Counted from the stretch's first letter, positions 41,280 to 51,903 are shown. The stretch: 64,000 nucleotides of DNA from an uncultured Eubacteriales bacterium (GCA_902492015.1 CABUJR010000006.1:50421-114420); one strand, 5' to 3'. The notes: generated by a model not told the origin, from the sequence alone. Numbers and translations are program-made.

Positions 41280-41861
41280 TCATAAAAGTATTGGTTGAAT
41301 TTGTTCTTTATCTAAAGCATATTCTAGAGTTTTTATAATATATGTCGGATCAAATACTAGAGAATTTGGTTTAGTTATAGGATTATCTTGTTTAAAAGGC
41401 ACAAAATAATAATTTTTTCTATTAAGTAATTTGCCAATATTTTCAGCTGAGCCAGATAAAGCATTGTTTGTAGATATAGCAATTACAACTGGTCTGTTGT
41501 TTCTTAAATGAGATTTTACTGCCATAGTAACAGGAGTATCAATAATATCATTTGCAAGTTTAGCTATTGTATTTCCAGAACATGGAGCAACAATTAATAT
41601 GTCAAACATTTTTTTTGGTCCAATAGGTTCTGCTGATTGTATTGAGCTTATTATTTTATGACTTGTTAAGTTTTCTATTTTATCAATAAAATCCTGAGCT
41701 TTTCCAAATTTAGTATCCAAATTATAACTATTAAAACTCATGATTGGAGTAATATCAGTATCTTCAATTTGCTTTATTTTTTCAAGTTCAAGGATAGTTT
41801 TTTCAAAAGTGCAAAAAGAACCTGTTAATGCAAATCCAATTTTTTTACCATTTAATTTCAC
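41280..41861 (-). CDS. dpaB: Dipicolinate synthase subunit B (SpoVFB/DpaB flavoprotein)
   Basis: Colinear similarity to B. subtilis SpoVFB recalled from memory: KGKKIGFALTGSFCT, VIAPCSGNTIAKLAN, RNNRPVV..ISTNNAL, PFKQDNPITKPNS, LQPIL. Confidence 0.75.
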   Translation of the reverse strand: MKLNGKKIGFALTGSFCTFEKTILELEKIKQIEDTDITPIMSFNSYNLDTKFGKAQDFIDKIENLTSHKIISSIQSAEPIGPKKMFDILIVAPCSGNTIAKLANDIIDTPVTMAVKSHLRNNRPVVIAISTNNALSGSAENIGKLLNRKNYYFVPFKQDNPITKPNSLVFDPTYIIKTLEYALDKEQIQPILL

Positions 41862-42144
41862 AAATACACCTCCTTTTTATTTATTTAGAGTATATATTTT
41901 TATATTCTCTTATATATTTTATGAATTTATGTTAATTAAGTTATAAGCAAAATATAATTCTTTCATATTTTTTATATTAGAAAAAAGTAATCTTATAATA
42001 ATTAAATATCGAAAAATTTTATGGGATTAATCATGTTTTTTGCTTGAATCCTAAATTTTATTTTAAGAATTATTCACTTGTTTTTTTAAAAATAAGATGA
42101 TATAATTTCATAGATTGTTAAAAATTAATGATTAGAGGTAAATT

Positions 42145-42870
42145 ATGTTTGTAGAACACAAATTTTATGTAGGATTAAGTGATATAAATCCTTTAAAAGA
42201 ATTAAATAATACATGTTTATTAAGATATTTAGAAGATACAGCTGGAATACATTCAGAGATAGCAGGATATGGAATTACAGATATGAATAAAACAAGAAAA
42301 ACTTGGATTTTATTATCTTGGAAAGTTAAAATAAATAAAAGACCACTTATTAATGACACTATAAGTGTAAAAACTTGGTCAAGGTCAATAGATAAGTTTT
42401 ATGCATATCGTGATTTTGAAGTAAAAAATCAGTATAATGAAATTATTGCAATAATAACTTCTAAATGGGTATTTATAGATATAGATAAAAGAAAATTAAT
42501 AAAGGTTTCTGAAGATGTTGCAAAAAGATATGAAACAGAGACTGAAACAGCAGTTTTTGAAGAAAAAGATTTAGAAAAATTATCAGAACCTAAAGAATAT
42601 TCTAGCAGTATTTTATTTAAAATTACTAGAAACATGATAGATTTAAATAAACATCTTCATAATATATATTATTTAGATATTGCAAAAGAAGCTTTGCCAG
42701 AGGAAATTGCTTTTGGAAATGAATTAAATAATTTTGAAATCATGTATAAAAAAGAGATAAAACTAGGAGAAACAGTTAAAGCTTTATATAGTTTTGAAAA
42801 TGGATATCATTATGTAACAATAAAAAGTGAAGACGAAAGTACTATACATTCAATAATAAGACTAAAATAA
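42145..42870 (+). CDS. Acyl-ACP thioesterase
   Basis: About 240-aa hot-dog fold thioesterase; FatA-like N-terminus. Confidence 0.65.
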   Translation: MFVEHKFYVGLSDINPLKELNNTCLLRYLEDTAGIHSEIAGYGITDMNKTRKTWILLSWKVKINKRPLINDTISVKTWSRSIDKFYAYRDFEVKNQYNEIIAIITSKWVFIDIDKRKLIKVSEDVAKRYETETETAVFEEKDLEKLSEPKEYSSSILFKITRNMIDLNKHLHNIYYLDIAKEALPEEIAFGNELNNFEIMYKKEIKLGETVKALYSFENGYHYVTIKSEDESTIHSIIRLK

Positions 42871-42966
42871 ATTATAGACATGATTAAAAGAAAATTTAAT
42901 TTATGAATGTAAAATAATACTTAATAATAAAACTTATAAACAAAAGAATTTTAGAGGGATTTAAAT

Positions 42967-43617
42967 ATGAAATATAAAATAGATAGTATTAAAAAATTTT
43001 TAAGAAAAAATCTGAGATGGATTATATTATTTGTATGCATGCTAATATTTTTAGAAACAGCAGAAGATGTTTTTGAAAATGAAATAATGAAAAGAGATAT
43101 TATAGGTTATAACTTAATATCAACATATTTAATGTCAGATTTTATTACACCAATAGCAAAATTTATTACAAATCTTGGAGGAGCAATATTTTTAATATCT
43201 TTAGCGACAATACTGTTTATAGTAATAAAAAATAAAAGAATAGGAATTTGCATATATCTTAACTTATTTATTGTTACCAGTTTAAATTTAATTTTAAAAA
43301 ATATAGTACAAAGACCTAGACCAACAGAATATAGATTGATAAATGAGTCAGGCTATAGTTTTCCATCAGGACATTCCATGGCAAGTGCTGCTTTTTATGG
43401 TTTTTTAATTTATCTAATATATAAAAAAATAGAAAATAGAAAATTAAAAATAACATTAATAACAATACTTAGTTTATTAATATTATTAATAGGAACAAGT
43501 AGAATATATTTAGGTGTTCATTATACGAGTGATGTTTTTGCTGGATTTTGTGTTTCAATATCTTATCTTGTAATATATACAAATATAATAGATGATTTTA
43601 TAAATAAAAAGAATTAA
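42967..43617 (+). CDS. PAP2-family phosphatase (undecaprenyl-diphosphatase-like)
   Basis: KxxxxxxRP (QRPRP), PSGHS and SRIYLGVHYTSD motifs. Confidence 0.8.
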   Translation: MKYKIDSIKKFLRKNLRWIILFVCMLIFLETAEDVFENEIMKRDIIGYNLISTYLMSDFITPIAKFITNLGGAIFLISLATILFIVIKNKRIGICIYLNLFIVTSLNLILKNIVQRPRPTEYRLINESGYSFPSGHSMASAAFYGFLIYLIYKKIENRKLKITLITILSLLILLIGTSRIYLGVHYTSDVFAGFCVSISYLVIYTNIIDDFINKKN

Positions 43618-43704
43618 TATAAAGAAGATATTTTATACAATAACTCTTTTATACTAAACTTTATAAAAATGAGTTATTTATAATATATCTTTTTTTATAC
43701 GAAA

Positions 43705-43725
43705 TAAAAGCGAACATTTTTTTGT
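43705..43725 (+). promoter_or_regulatory. Possible degenerate LexA/Cheo-like box upstream of dinB
   Basis: aaaagCGAACAttttttTGTTT. Shares the 14-mer AAAAGCGAACATTT with 46902-46915. Confidence 0.3.
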
Positions 43726-43798
43726 TTAATTATTGACTTTTAATAATACTCATGATAAAATCCCAATATAGGAACTAATGTTTGTATAGGAGAGAAAA

Positions 43799-45016
43799 TT
43801 GGAAAGACAAATTTTGCATGTAGATGTTAATAATGCTTTTTTATCTTGGACAGCTGTTAATATGTTAAAAAATGGCTATCCAATAGATATTAGAACAATT
43901 CCATCTATAATTGGAGGAGATGAAGAAAGACGTTCAGGAATTGTACTTGCTAAAAGTCCAGTTGCCAAAAAATTCGGAATAGTAACAGGAGAACCAATAT
44001 ATTTTGCAAAGAAAAAATGCAATAAATTAGAAATTTTTCAAGGTGATTTTGAAGTTTTTAATAAATATTCTAATGATTTATATAATTTACTTTTAGAATA
44101 TACAGATAAAATAGAAAGATTCAGTATAGATGAATGTTTTTTAGACTTAACAGAATTTTTGCAAGGTAGAAGATTGATAGATATTGCAAAAGAAATCAAT
44201 TCTAGAGTTGAAAAAGAATTAGGATTTACTGTAAATGTTGGTGTTTCAACAAATAAATTATTAGCAAAAATGGCTTCAGATTTTGAAAAGCCAAATAAAG
44301 TACATACATTATACGAATATGAGATAGAAGATAAAATGTGGCTACTACCTGTATCTGAATTGTTTATGATAGGCAGAAAAACAGTTCCAAAATTACATAA
44401 TTTAAGAATAAAAACCATAGGAGATTTAGCAAAAACAAATAAAGATATTTTAATAAAACGTTTTGGAAAACATGGATTGCTAATGTGGAACTATGCAAAT
44501 GGAATAGATGATGAAGAGGTAAATTCTAAAATAGAAGCACCAAAAAGTATAGGTAATTCTGTGACTTTGCCAAAAGATATTTCAGGTCTAGAAGATATAT
44601 ATAAAATTGTAATAGCTTTGTGTGAGCAAGTTTCATATAGATTAAGAAAACATAATTTAACAGCAAATACAATAAGTGTGCAACTTAGAACTAAAGACTT
44701 TAAAGATTATTCTCACCAAAGACCATTAAACTATTCTACAGCATCAACAAAAGAACTTTTAAAAATAGCAAAAGAAATTTTAACAGAGATGTATAAAGAT
44801 GAACCTATAAGGCTTGTAGGAGTGAGAGCTGATAATTTAGAAAATAAAGATGAAGTACAATTATCATTTTTTCAAAATGATAATAAACAAGAAAAAATAG
44901 ATAAAGTTTTAGATAATTTAAAAAACCAATATGGATATGGAATAGTAACTAGAGCAGGAGATTTAGAAATAAAAAATATTGTAAAAGGCAAGGATAAAAA
45001 ATTTAAAAACAAGTAG
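43799..45016 (+). CDS. dinB: DNA polymerase IV (Y-family)
   Basis: ILHVDVNNAFLSW and SIDECFLDLT motifs. TTG start with RBS aggagag. Confidence 0.88.
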   Translation: MERQILHVDVNNAFLSWTAVNMLKNGYPIDIRTIPSIIGGDEERRSGIVLAKSPVAKKFGIVTGEPIYFAKKKCNKLEIFQGDFEVFNKYSNDLYNLLLEYTDKIERFSIDECFLDLTEFLQGRRLIDIAKEINSRVEKELGFTVNVGVSTNKLLAKMASDFEKPNKVHTLYEYEIEDKMWLLPVSELFMIGRKTVPKLHNLRIKTIGDLAKTNKDILIKRFGKHGLLMWNYANGIDDEEVNSKIEAPKSIGNSVTLPKDISGLEDIYKIVIALCEQVSYRLRKHNLTANTISVQLRTKDFKDYSHQRPLNYSTASTKELLKIAKEILTEMYKDEPIRLVGVRADNLENKDEVQLSFFQNDNKQEKIDKVLDNLKNQYGYGIVTRAGDLEIKNIVKGKDKKFKNK

Positions 45017-45112
45017 TACAATTCTACTAACAAATTTTGTGCAAAGTTATTGTAACTAAAATAAATTATATATATAATAATAATATAAATTATATTTAAA
45101 AAGGAGCCACAA

Positions 45113-46114
45113 ATGATAGAACCAGACGAAAATCCAGAGTTTGTAAATGATTTTTTAGCATATAGTTTAACAATATTAAATAAATCTCAAAATTCAGTTA
45201 AAGAATACAACTATGATATTGCACATTTCTTGAAATTTATTAAATTTAAGTATAAATTAACAGATGTTAAAGATGAAGAATTTATTAAAATAATAAAAAT
45301 AAATGATTTTGATTTAGATACTTTAAAAAGAGTAACTTTACAGGATATTCATGCATTTTTGCAATATTTAAAAATATGTTATCAAAGTAAACCAGCAACT
45401 CTTGCTAGAAAAGCTTCTACTATACGAATATTTTTTAAATATATGTGTAATAAAACTAAAAAAATTCCAACAAATCCTGCACAAGATTTAGAAACTCCTA
45501 AAATCGGGCAAAGATTACCTAAATATCTTACATTAGAACAAAGTAAAGAATTATTGGAAACAGCAGCTAAACCAAACGCTTCTCATGGTAATCATGATAA
45601 TACAGAAAGAAATTTTGCAATGATAACATTGCTTTTAAATTGTGGTTTGCGTTTATCGGAACTTATAGGAATAAATATTAGTGATATAGATTTTGAAAAT
45701 AATAAACTTAATGTTATAGGAAAAGGTAATAAAGAAAGAACGATTTATTTAAATAATGCTTGTATAAAAGCAATTAATTCCTATTTGGCTGTTAGACAAA
45801 ATGATAGAGTAAAATTTAATTCAAAAGATGCATTGTTTTTAAGTGAACAAAACAAAAGAATAAGCAGAAGAACAGTTCAGTATATTATAAAACAAGAATT
45901 AAAACTTGCAGGAATTGAAAAAGCAGATAAATATTCTGTACATAAATTAAGACACACAGCAGCAACATTGATGTATAAATATGGAAATGTAGATATTAGA
46001 GCTTTACAAGAATTGTTAGGGCATGAATCTATTTCTACTACTCAAATTTATACTCATGTAGATAACGAACAAATAAGGAGTGCTGTTGAAAACAATCCAT
46101 TAGCAGATATGTAA
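45113..46114 (+). CDS. Tyrosine recombinase, XerC/XerD family
   Basis: R...HxxR...Y catalytic region (LRHTAATLMYKYG...LLGHESISTTQIYTHV). Confidence 0.8.
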   Translation: MIEPDENPEFVNDFLAYSLTILNKSQNSVKEYNYDIAHFLKFIKFKYKLTDVKDEEFIKIIKINDFDLDTLKRVTLQDIHAFLQYLKICYQSKPATLARKASTIRIFFKYMCNKTKKIPTNPAQDLETPKIGQRLPKYLTLEQSKELLETAAKPNASHGNHDNTERNFAMITLLLNCGLRLSELIGINISDIDFENNKLNVIGKGNKERTIYLNNACIKAINSYLAVRQNDRVKFNSKDALFLSEQNKRISRRTVQYIIKQELKLAGIEKADKYSVHKLRHTAATLMYKYGNVDIRALQELLGHESISTTQIYTHVDNEQIRSAVENNPLADM

Positions 46115-46194
46115 TTATAGAGAGAAAATAAAAAATATATTCTCTAAAAATTTAGCATTGTTTTAGAAAAATAGTAATTAAAAAGTGAAATGAA

Positions 46195-46611
46195 ATGTTG
46201 AACATAGAATACATAGAAAATGCGAATAAAGAAATTTACAAAATAATAGATGAAGAATTTAATAAATTTGCTACTAAAAATGAAGTTATTTGTAATTATA
46301 AGCCATTTTCTTTTATTGCTAAAGAAAATAATAAAATTGTTGGAATTATAACAGGAAATTCATATTATAAAGAAATTTATATATCTGATTTAATTGTATT
46401 GGAAGAGTATAGAAATAAACATATTGGAAGTAAACTAATAGAAAAAGTTGAAAATTACTTTAGAAATAAAGAATTTGAAAATATAAATTTAACTACTTAT
46501 GCTTTTCAAGCTCCTGAATTTTACCAAAAGTGTGGCTATAAAATAGAATTCGTCAGAAGAAATAAAGAAAATCCAAAACTTGATAAATATTATTTAATTA
46601 AATATTTTTAA
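46195..46611 (+). CDS. GNAT family N-acetyltransferase
   Basis: 138 aa; motif A region RNKHIGSKLIEKVE. Confidence 0.7.
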   Translation: MLNIEYIENANKEIYKIIDEEFNKFATKNEVICNYKPFSFIAKENNKIVGIITGNSYYKEIYISDLIVLEEYRNKHIGSKLIEKVENYFRNKEFENINLTTYAFQAPEFYQKCGYKIEFVRRNKENPKLDKYYLIKYF

Positions 46612-46799
46612 TAATATAAAAATAGTATGTTTTTAGAACATGTAATTTTATTATTTATATAAAAGAGGTAGAGTAGGGGGAATAGTACATTTTTAATATA
46701 TAAAAAATATGAAAATATATTAAAAAATTTTGTGCAATCTCTTAAAAAATTTTTTTAATAATTTAGTAAAAAGAAATTTTAAGAACTAAAATTAATTTA

Positions 46800-46869
46800 C
46801 AGAATTTTATAGAATATAATTTTTAAATTTTACAAAATTTTATAGAATATAATTTTTAAATTTTACAAA
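46800..46869. repeat. 35-bp tandem direct repeat x2 (AATTTTATAGAATATAATTTTTAAATTTTACAAA)
   Basis: Two adjacent near-identical copies. Degenerate copies of AAATTTTATAGAAT at 46927 and inverted at 47120. Confidence 0.8.
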
Positions 46870-48049
46870 TAATTAATAATTTTAAAATTATAATTTCATA
46901 ATATCAAAAAGCGAACATTTGTTGTTTTGTAAATTTTATAGAATTTATATAATATTCTAATTAAAAATTATCGTTTTGTTAAATTTAAAATCGATTTTAA
47001 GCAATTTTAATTATTGAATAATAAAATTAATCGTTATTATATAAAATTTGATTTTAATGAATTATATTTTTAGATTTATATAAATTCAAATTGCATAATT
47101 AAATTTTATATTTTGTCTAATTCTATAAATTTATATAACAATTACAATAACTGTATTACAATATAAAATTATACAAAATAATGACCTTCTAAAATCAAAT
47201 TTAAGCTGTTTTTATTTTTAGGTCGACAAATTACTTGTTTGAAAATTAAAGCTAAATAGTGATTTTAGAAAATCATATTAAAAATGTAGATTTTTATAAA
47301 GAAATCATGGATATATATAAATATACAAAAAAAGCCTAAAAAGTGCTAAAAATACGACGCACGAGAATCGATTTTAAGGCGTTTTTAAAAATTAGCCATA
47401 TAGTTTGTTGTCTATAAAATACGGCAAATATAGAGAATTAGTCATTTTTGAGATTTTTGAAAAAATATAAATATAAATTCAATATATAAATATGAAAATT
47501 ATAATTAGAAAAAATTATAGATATAAATTTAAATTCTAATAAATAAAAATAATATAGTAATGAAATTATATAAGTAAAACAAAAAATGTTTTAAAATTGA
47601 TTTTAGCAAATCATATAAATATTATAGTAATAATTAGTAATGAATATGAAATAAAAATATAATAATAAAATAAAGTTATATAAATGAATATTAGTATATA
47701 ATAAACAGCTAAAAGCCTTGAAATAACAGAAGTATAGGTTTATAGTTGTTTTATATATTAGTCCTACTCCTTTTTGCACAAAACTTTGATTTTGCGCAAT
47801 GTTATATATAATAAAAATACCTTCAAAATTGTTTTAACCCTCTATTCTCCGCTTATTATATAGAATAAATATTAATATTTTTTATAATAAAATAAAATTA
47901 CTTTTTAATTTTATTTGTTTCATTTTATTTTACCTAAAATTCCTAATGTAAATTAAACACCTCTACTTTCCCTATTTGTTATTTGTATAACTTTGCATAT
48001 ATTTAATAATTATATATTCTCATTTTATATTTTACTAATTTTTAACAAA

Positions 48050-48086
48050 AAGCCCCAAGTCAGTATGACTCAGGGCTTTTTGCAGT
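48050..48086. terminator. Bidirectional terminator downstream of ftsH
   Basis: gccccaagtcagtatgactcagggc hairpin flanked by A/T runs. Confidence 0.7.
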
Positions 48087-48098
48087 TTATAGGGTGAT

Positions 48099-49949
48099 TT
48101 ACTTAACGGTATTACCTACCGAAGCATTTTTCTTATATTCTGTAAATAGTGAATCTAGCTCATCTCCCATTACTGTTTCTTGATCTAAAAGAAGTTTTGT
48201 AAGTGCTTTTGTGAGTTCCATATTTCCGTTGATAAGCTCTATCGCCTTCTTTTCAGACTCTTTAAGGATACTTGCCACTTTATTCCAGATTGCGTCAAGA
48301 GTATGTTGACCCAGATAATCGGTACTTGGTGCATCATCTCTAAATGATATAGGTCCTAACTCCTCGTCCATACCATACTGCATAACCATCCTTCGAGCTT
48401 TTTCTGTAGCAACTTCAAGATCGTTTGAAGCTCCTGTAGAGATATCTCCGATTAAGATTGATTCAGCAGCTCTACCAGCAAGCAAAACAATTAAACTTTC
48501 AGTAAATTCCTGTTTGCTGATATATTGTTTATCCTCTGTGCTTTCATGCATAGTGTATCCACCAGCAGTTCCTCTGGGAACGATTGATATTTCCTTTACA
48601 TTTGACTGCGTTGGAAGTAACTTGCCAACTATTGCGTGTCCTGATTCATGAACTGCAGTAATTTTTCTTTCTTTTTCTGAGATAATTCTTCCAGTTTTCT
48701 GAAGTCCTACTAATAATTTCTTTTGGGCTTCATCAATATCAGATTTATGAATAATCTCATGATTGTTCCTTGCAGCCATGAGAGCGGACTCATTAAGCAA
48801 ATTCTCAAGTTCTGCACCTGAATATCCCGCTGTGTTACACGCAATTCTATAGAAATCCACATCCTCGTAGAATTTCTTGTTTCTGGCATGCACGTGTAGA
48901 ATTTCCATTCTACCTTTTACATCAGGCAAATTCACAGTAACTTTTCTGTCGAATCTACCGGGCCTTACTAATGCAGGATCTAAGCTATCAAAGCGGTTGG
49001 TAGCACCAAGAATCACTATATCGGTTCTGTCCTTAAAGCCATCAAGTTCGATTAACAGCTGTTCGAGAGTTTGATTTCTCTCGTCATTGCTGTCTCCTCG
49101 TTTTGCTCCTATAGAATCAATTTCATCAATGAAAATGATACATGGAGCTTGCTTTCTGGCTTCTTTGAACAATCCTCTAATACGTTGAGCTCCAACTCCA
49201 ACATATTTTTCTACGAACTCTGAACCAGATACAGCAAGATATGCTACATCTGCTTCACCAGCCACAGCCTTTGCAAGTAATGTTTTACCAGTTCCAGGGT
49301 TTCCTGAAAGAAGTATTCCTCTAGGGATTTTTGCACCTAACTTTAAATATTTATCAGGATTTTTGATGAAGTCAACAACTTCCTCTAATTCTTTCTTTTC
49401 TTCGTCTAATGCTGCAACATCTGAGAACCGAACATCACTTTTGGTAAGTTTTTCCATAAAGTTAATGTCAGTATTTAGAACATTTGCAAAACTTAGAAAG
49501 TTAGAATTATCTGATTTTTTATTATTTCCTGTAAATTGTTTCGTTAGATATTTAAGCCCCATGATAAGAGCTGATCCCAAGTATACTGAAGCTACCAGAG
49601 TTAACAAGAAACCTAATATCAAATCACTAATGCTTGATTCTTCAGGTATTACTTCTAAATTTACAGGATTACCATAATAGATAATTTCATCCTGTATAAA
49701 ATTTAGAAAAACCTCCTCATTTGGAACTTCAGCCATTACTATTGTGTTATCAAGTAGTATTGCATTCACTAAGCTATCTCCCTCTTGTAGCTCAACAGAA
49801 GCAACTTTTTCTGATTCTATTAAGCTAATAAAGTCAGAGTATGACACGCTAACAGGCTTGGTTTTGGTTGGTGAATTTAAAAGCCGTACTCCTGCAAAGA
49901 TAAGAAGTGCGATTAAACCCATAAATGCTACAATTTTTAATTTTTTCAT
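48099..49949 (-). CDS. ftsH: ATP-dependent zinc metalloprotease FtsH
   Basis: Two TM helices, AAA Walker A GPPGTGKT, SRH, HESGH zinc motif. Confidence 0.92.
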   Translation of the reverse strand: MKKLKIVAFMGLIALLIFAGVRLLNSPTKTKPVSVSYSDFISLIESEKVASVELQEGDSLVNAILLDNTIVMAEVPNEEVFLNFIQDEIIYYGNPVNLEVIPEESSISDLILGFLLTLVASVYLGSALIMGLKYLTKQFTGNNKKSDNSNFLSFANVLNTDINFMEKLTKSDVRFSDVAALDEEKKELEEVVDFIKNPDKYLKLGAKIPRGILLSGNPGTGKTLLAKAVAGEADVAYLAVSGSEFVEKYVGVGAQRIRGLFKEARKQAPCIIFIDEIDSIGAKRGDSNDERNQTLEQLLIELDGFKDRTDIVILGATNRFDSLDPALVRPGRFDRKVTVNLPDVKGRMEILHVHARNKKFYEDVDFYRIACNTAGYSGAELENLLNESALMAARNNHEIIHKSDIDEAQKKLLVGLQKTGRIISEKERKITAVHESGHAIVGKLLPTQSNVKEISIVPRGTAGGYTMHESTEDKQYISKQEFTESLIVLLAGRAAESILIGDISTGASNDLEVATEKARRMVMQYGMDEELGPISFRDDAPSTDYLGQHTLDAIWNKVASILKESEKKAIELINGNMELTKALTKLLLDQETVMGDELDSLFTEYKKNASVGNTVK

Positions 49950-50160
49950 GAAAGTCTCTCCTTTTCTTTTCTTTATTGTAGTTCACATTGCAGCTATCAC
50001 CCTATAAAATTTTCAATGTGCTAACTTTCATATTATAACATAAATTTATGTAAATTACAATCTTATCTTCTTTATTAACTGACAATTTAATTTGCATAAG
50101 GCACTTATAATTTTGGTAATTGTGCTATATATATAAGTTTTGGATGATTTTATATTTTTA

Positions 50161-51903
50161 TTATCCTAAATTTTCATAATAAGAATTATATAATTTTGAA
50201 TAATAGCCGCCTTTTTTAACCAATTCCTTATGATTTCCTTGTTCTATGATTTTACCATTATTTAAAACTATAATTTTATCAACATTAACTATTGTAGATA
50301 ATCTATGTGCTATGAAAATAGCTGTTTTTTGTGCTGACAAAATTTCAATAGATTTTTGAATTAAATGTTCTGTATAAGTATCTATATTAGCTGTAGCTTC
50401 ATCTAAAATAAATATATCAGGATTATGAGCAAATATTCTAGCAAATGCTAATAATTGCTTTTGACCAGCAGAATATGATTCTCCCCTTTCTTTAGATACA
50501 TGATTTATGCCATCTGGAAGAGAATATACAAATTCATCTGCTGATGATAGTTTGATTGCTTTTTTTATATCTTCTTCTGATATTTTTTTATTTAACTTAA
50601 TATTATCTTTTATTGTTCTTGCAAATATAAATGGGTCTTGTAAAACTGTTCCAATATGCTCTCTTAAATTTCTTTTATTTATTTCCTGAATATTAATTCC
50701 ATCTAAAAGAATTTCACCTTTTTGTATATCATAAAATCTATTTAATAAATTGGTTATAGTGGTTTTTCCAGAACCTGTTTTACCTACTAATGCAATGGTT
50801 TCTCCTGGATTTATTTCAAAGCTAATATCTTTTAAAACCCAATTTTCTTTTTCATAGGCAAACCAGACATGTTTAAATTCAATTTTTCCTTTTACTTTTT
50901 CAAGTTTTATTCCTGATTCGAAGTCTTCTAAATATTCAGTATGTTCTAATATGTCATAGATTTTATTCATAGAAACAATAGCTTCTTGAACAACTTCTAT
51001 ATTATCTATTGTTCTATTAATTGGCTCGAATAAAGATTTTATATAACTTACAAATATGTATATTGAACCAACTTCTACGTTTATTCCAAACCAATTATTT
51101 ATAGAAGCTACTATTATTATTGTTATTGCTATATTTTCAAATAAAGACATTAGACCTGGAAATAATCCAGTATAAACATTTATTGGCATTCTTGCTTTGA
51201 AAAATTGGCCTGTTAAATTTTCGCATTCTTCTTGTTTTTCTTTTTGAATATTAAAAATCTTTATTAACTTAACTCCATAAATGGATTCTGCTAAAAATGT
51301 ATTAAGGTTTGTTCTTATTACTTTAGACATATCATAAAACTTATTTAAGACTATTGTTAATAGAACTGATGTTACTATAACAAAAGGTATTATTATGAAG
51401 GATAAAAAGCTTAATTTTATACTAAAATATATCATAATAAAAACAGTTGCAATAATAGAAAAAACATCTTTGAAAATAGTTGTTATAACATCTTTAAAAA
51501 GAGCTGATATATCTTCAACATCATTTGTTATTCTAGCAAAAAGTTTTCCAGCAGGAGTTTTGTCATGAAATTGAATATTTGCATTTTGAGTATATTTATA
51601 TAGTTTATTTCTAATTGTAAATAAAATTTCTTCACCCATAATATTTGTCTTTGTCCTAGTAAAGAAATCTAAAATATTTCCAAATACAACTATTGCAAGA
51701 TATATAATTCCAATTGTTGTTATTGTTATAATACCTTTATTAAAAATATTTTGACTTAAAAAATCATCAATTACTATTTTTACTAAGTATGGCTTAGAAA
51801 TTTCTAATAAATCAATTATAATTGCTAAAACAGATACTAGAAAAATAGTTTTTATATGTGGTTTAGCAATTTTACACCATCTAGAAAAAGTTTTATTTTT
51901 CAT
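50161..51903 (-). CDS. ABC exporter, fused permease/ATPase (heterodimeric multidrug-type)
   Basis: 6-TM domain plus NBD (GKTGSGKTT, LSAGQKQ, ILDEAT). Start trimmed to ATG 51903 (RBS aaaggagt). Confidence 0.8.
   Translation of the reverse strand: MKNKTFSRWCKIAKPHIKTIFLVSVLAIIIDLLEISKPYLVKIVIDDFLSQNIFNKGIITITTIGIIYLAIVVFGNILDFFTRTKTNIMGEEILFTIRNKLYKYTQNANIQFHDKTPAGKLFARITNDVEDISALFKDVITTIFKDVFSIIATVFIMIYFSIKLSFLSFIIIPFVIVTSVLLTIVLNKFYDMSKVIRTNLNTFLAESIYGVKLIKIFNIQKEKQEECENLTGQFFKARMPINVYTGLFPGLMSLFENIAITIIIVASINNWFGINVEVGSIYIFVSYIKSLFEPINRTIDNIEVVQEAIVSMNKIYDILEHTEYLEDFESGIKLEKVKGKIEFKHVWFAYEKENWVLKDISFEINPGETIALVGKTGSGKTTITNLLNRFYDIQKGEILLDGINIQEINKRNLREHIGTVLQDPFIFARTIKDNIKLNKKISEEDIKKAIKLSSADEFVYSLPDGINHVSKERGESYSAGQKQLLAFARIFAHNPDIFILDEATANIDTYTEHLIQKSIEILSAQKTAIFIAHRLSTIVNVDKIIVLNNGKIIEQGNHKELVKKGGYYSKLYNSYYENLG

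Noticed and set aside
45113-46114. Phage-type integrase marking a prophage
   Set aside because: Sequence features (LPKYLTLEQ, RHTAATLMY..GHESISTTQIYTHV, 333 aa) fit the chromosomal XerC/XerD family better. There are no adjacent phage genes, excisionase or tRNA. Kept only as context for the odd downstream region.
46800-47140. CRISPR array
   Set aside because: Only two perfect tandem copies of a 35-bp unit, no unique spacers, and no regular repeat-spacer periodicity.
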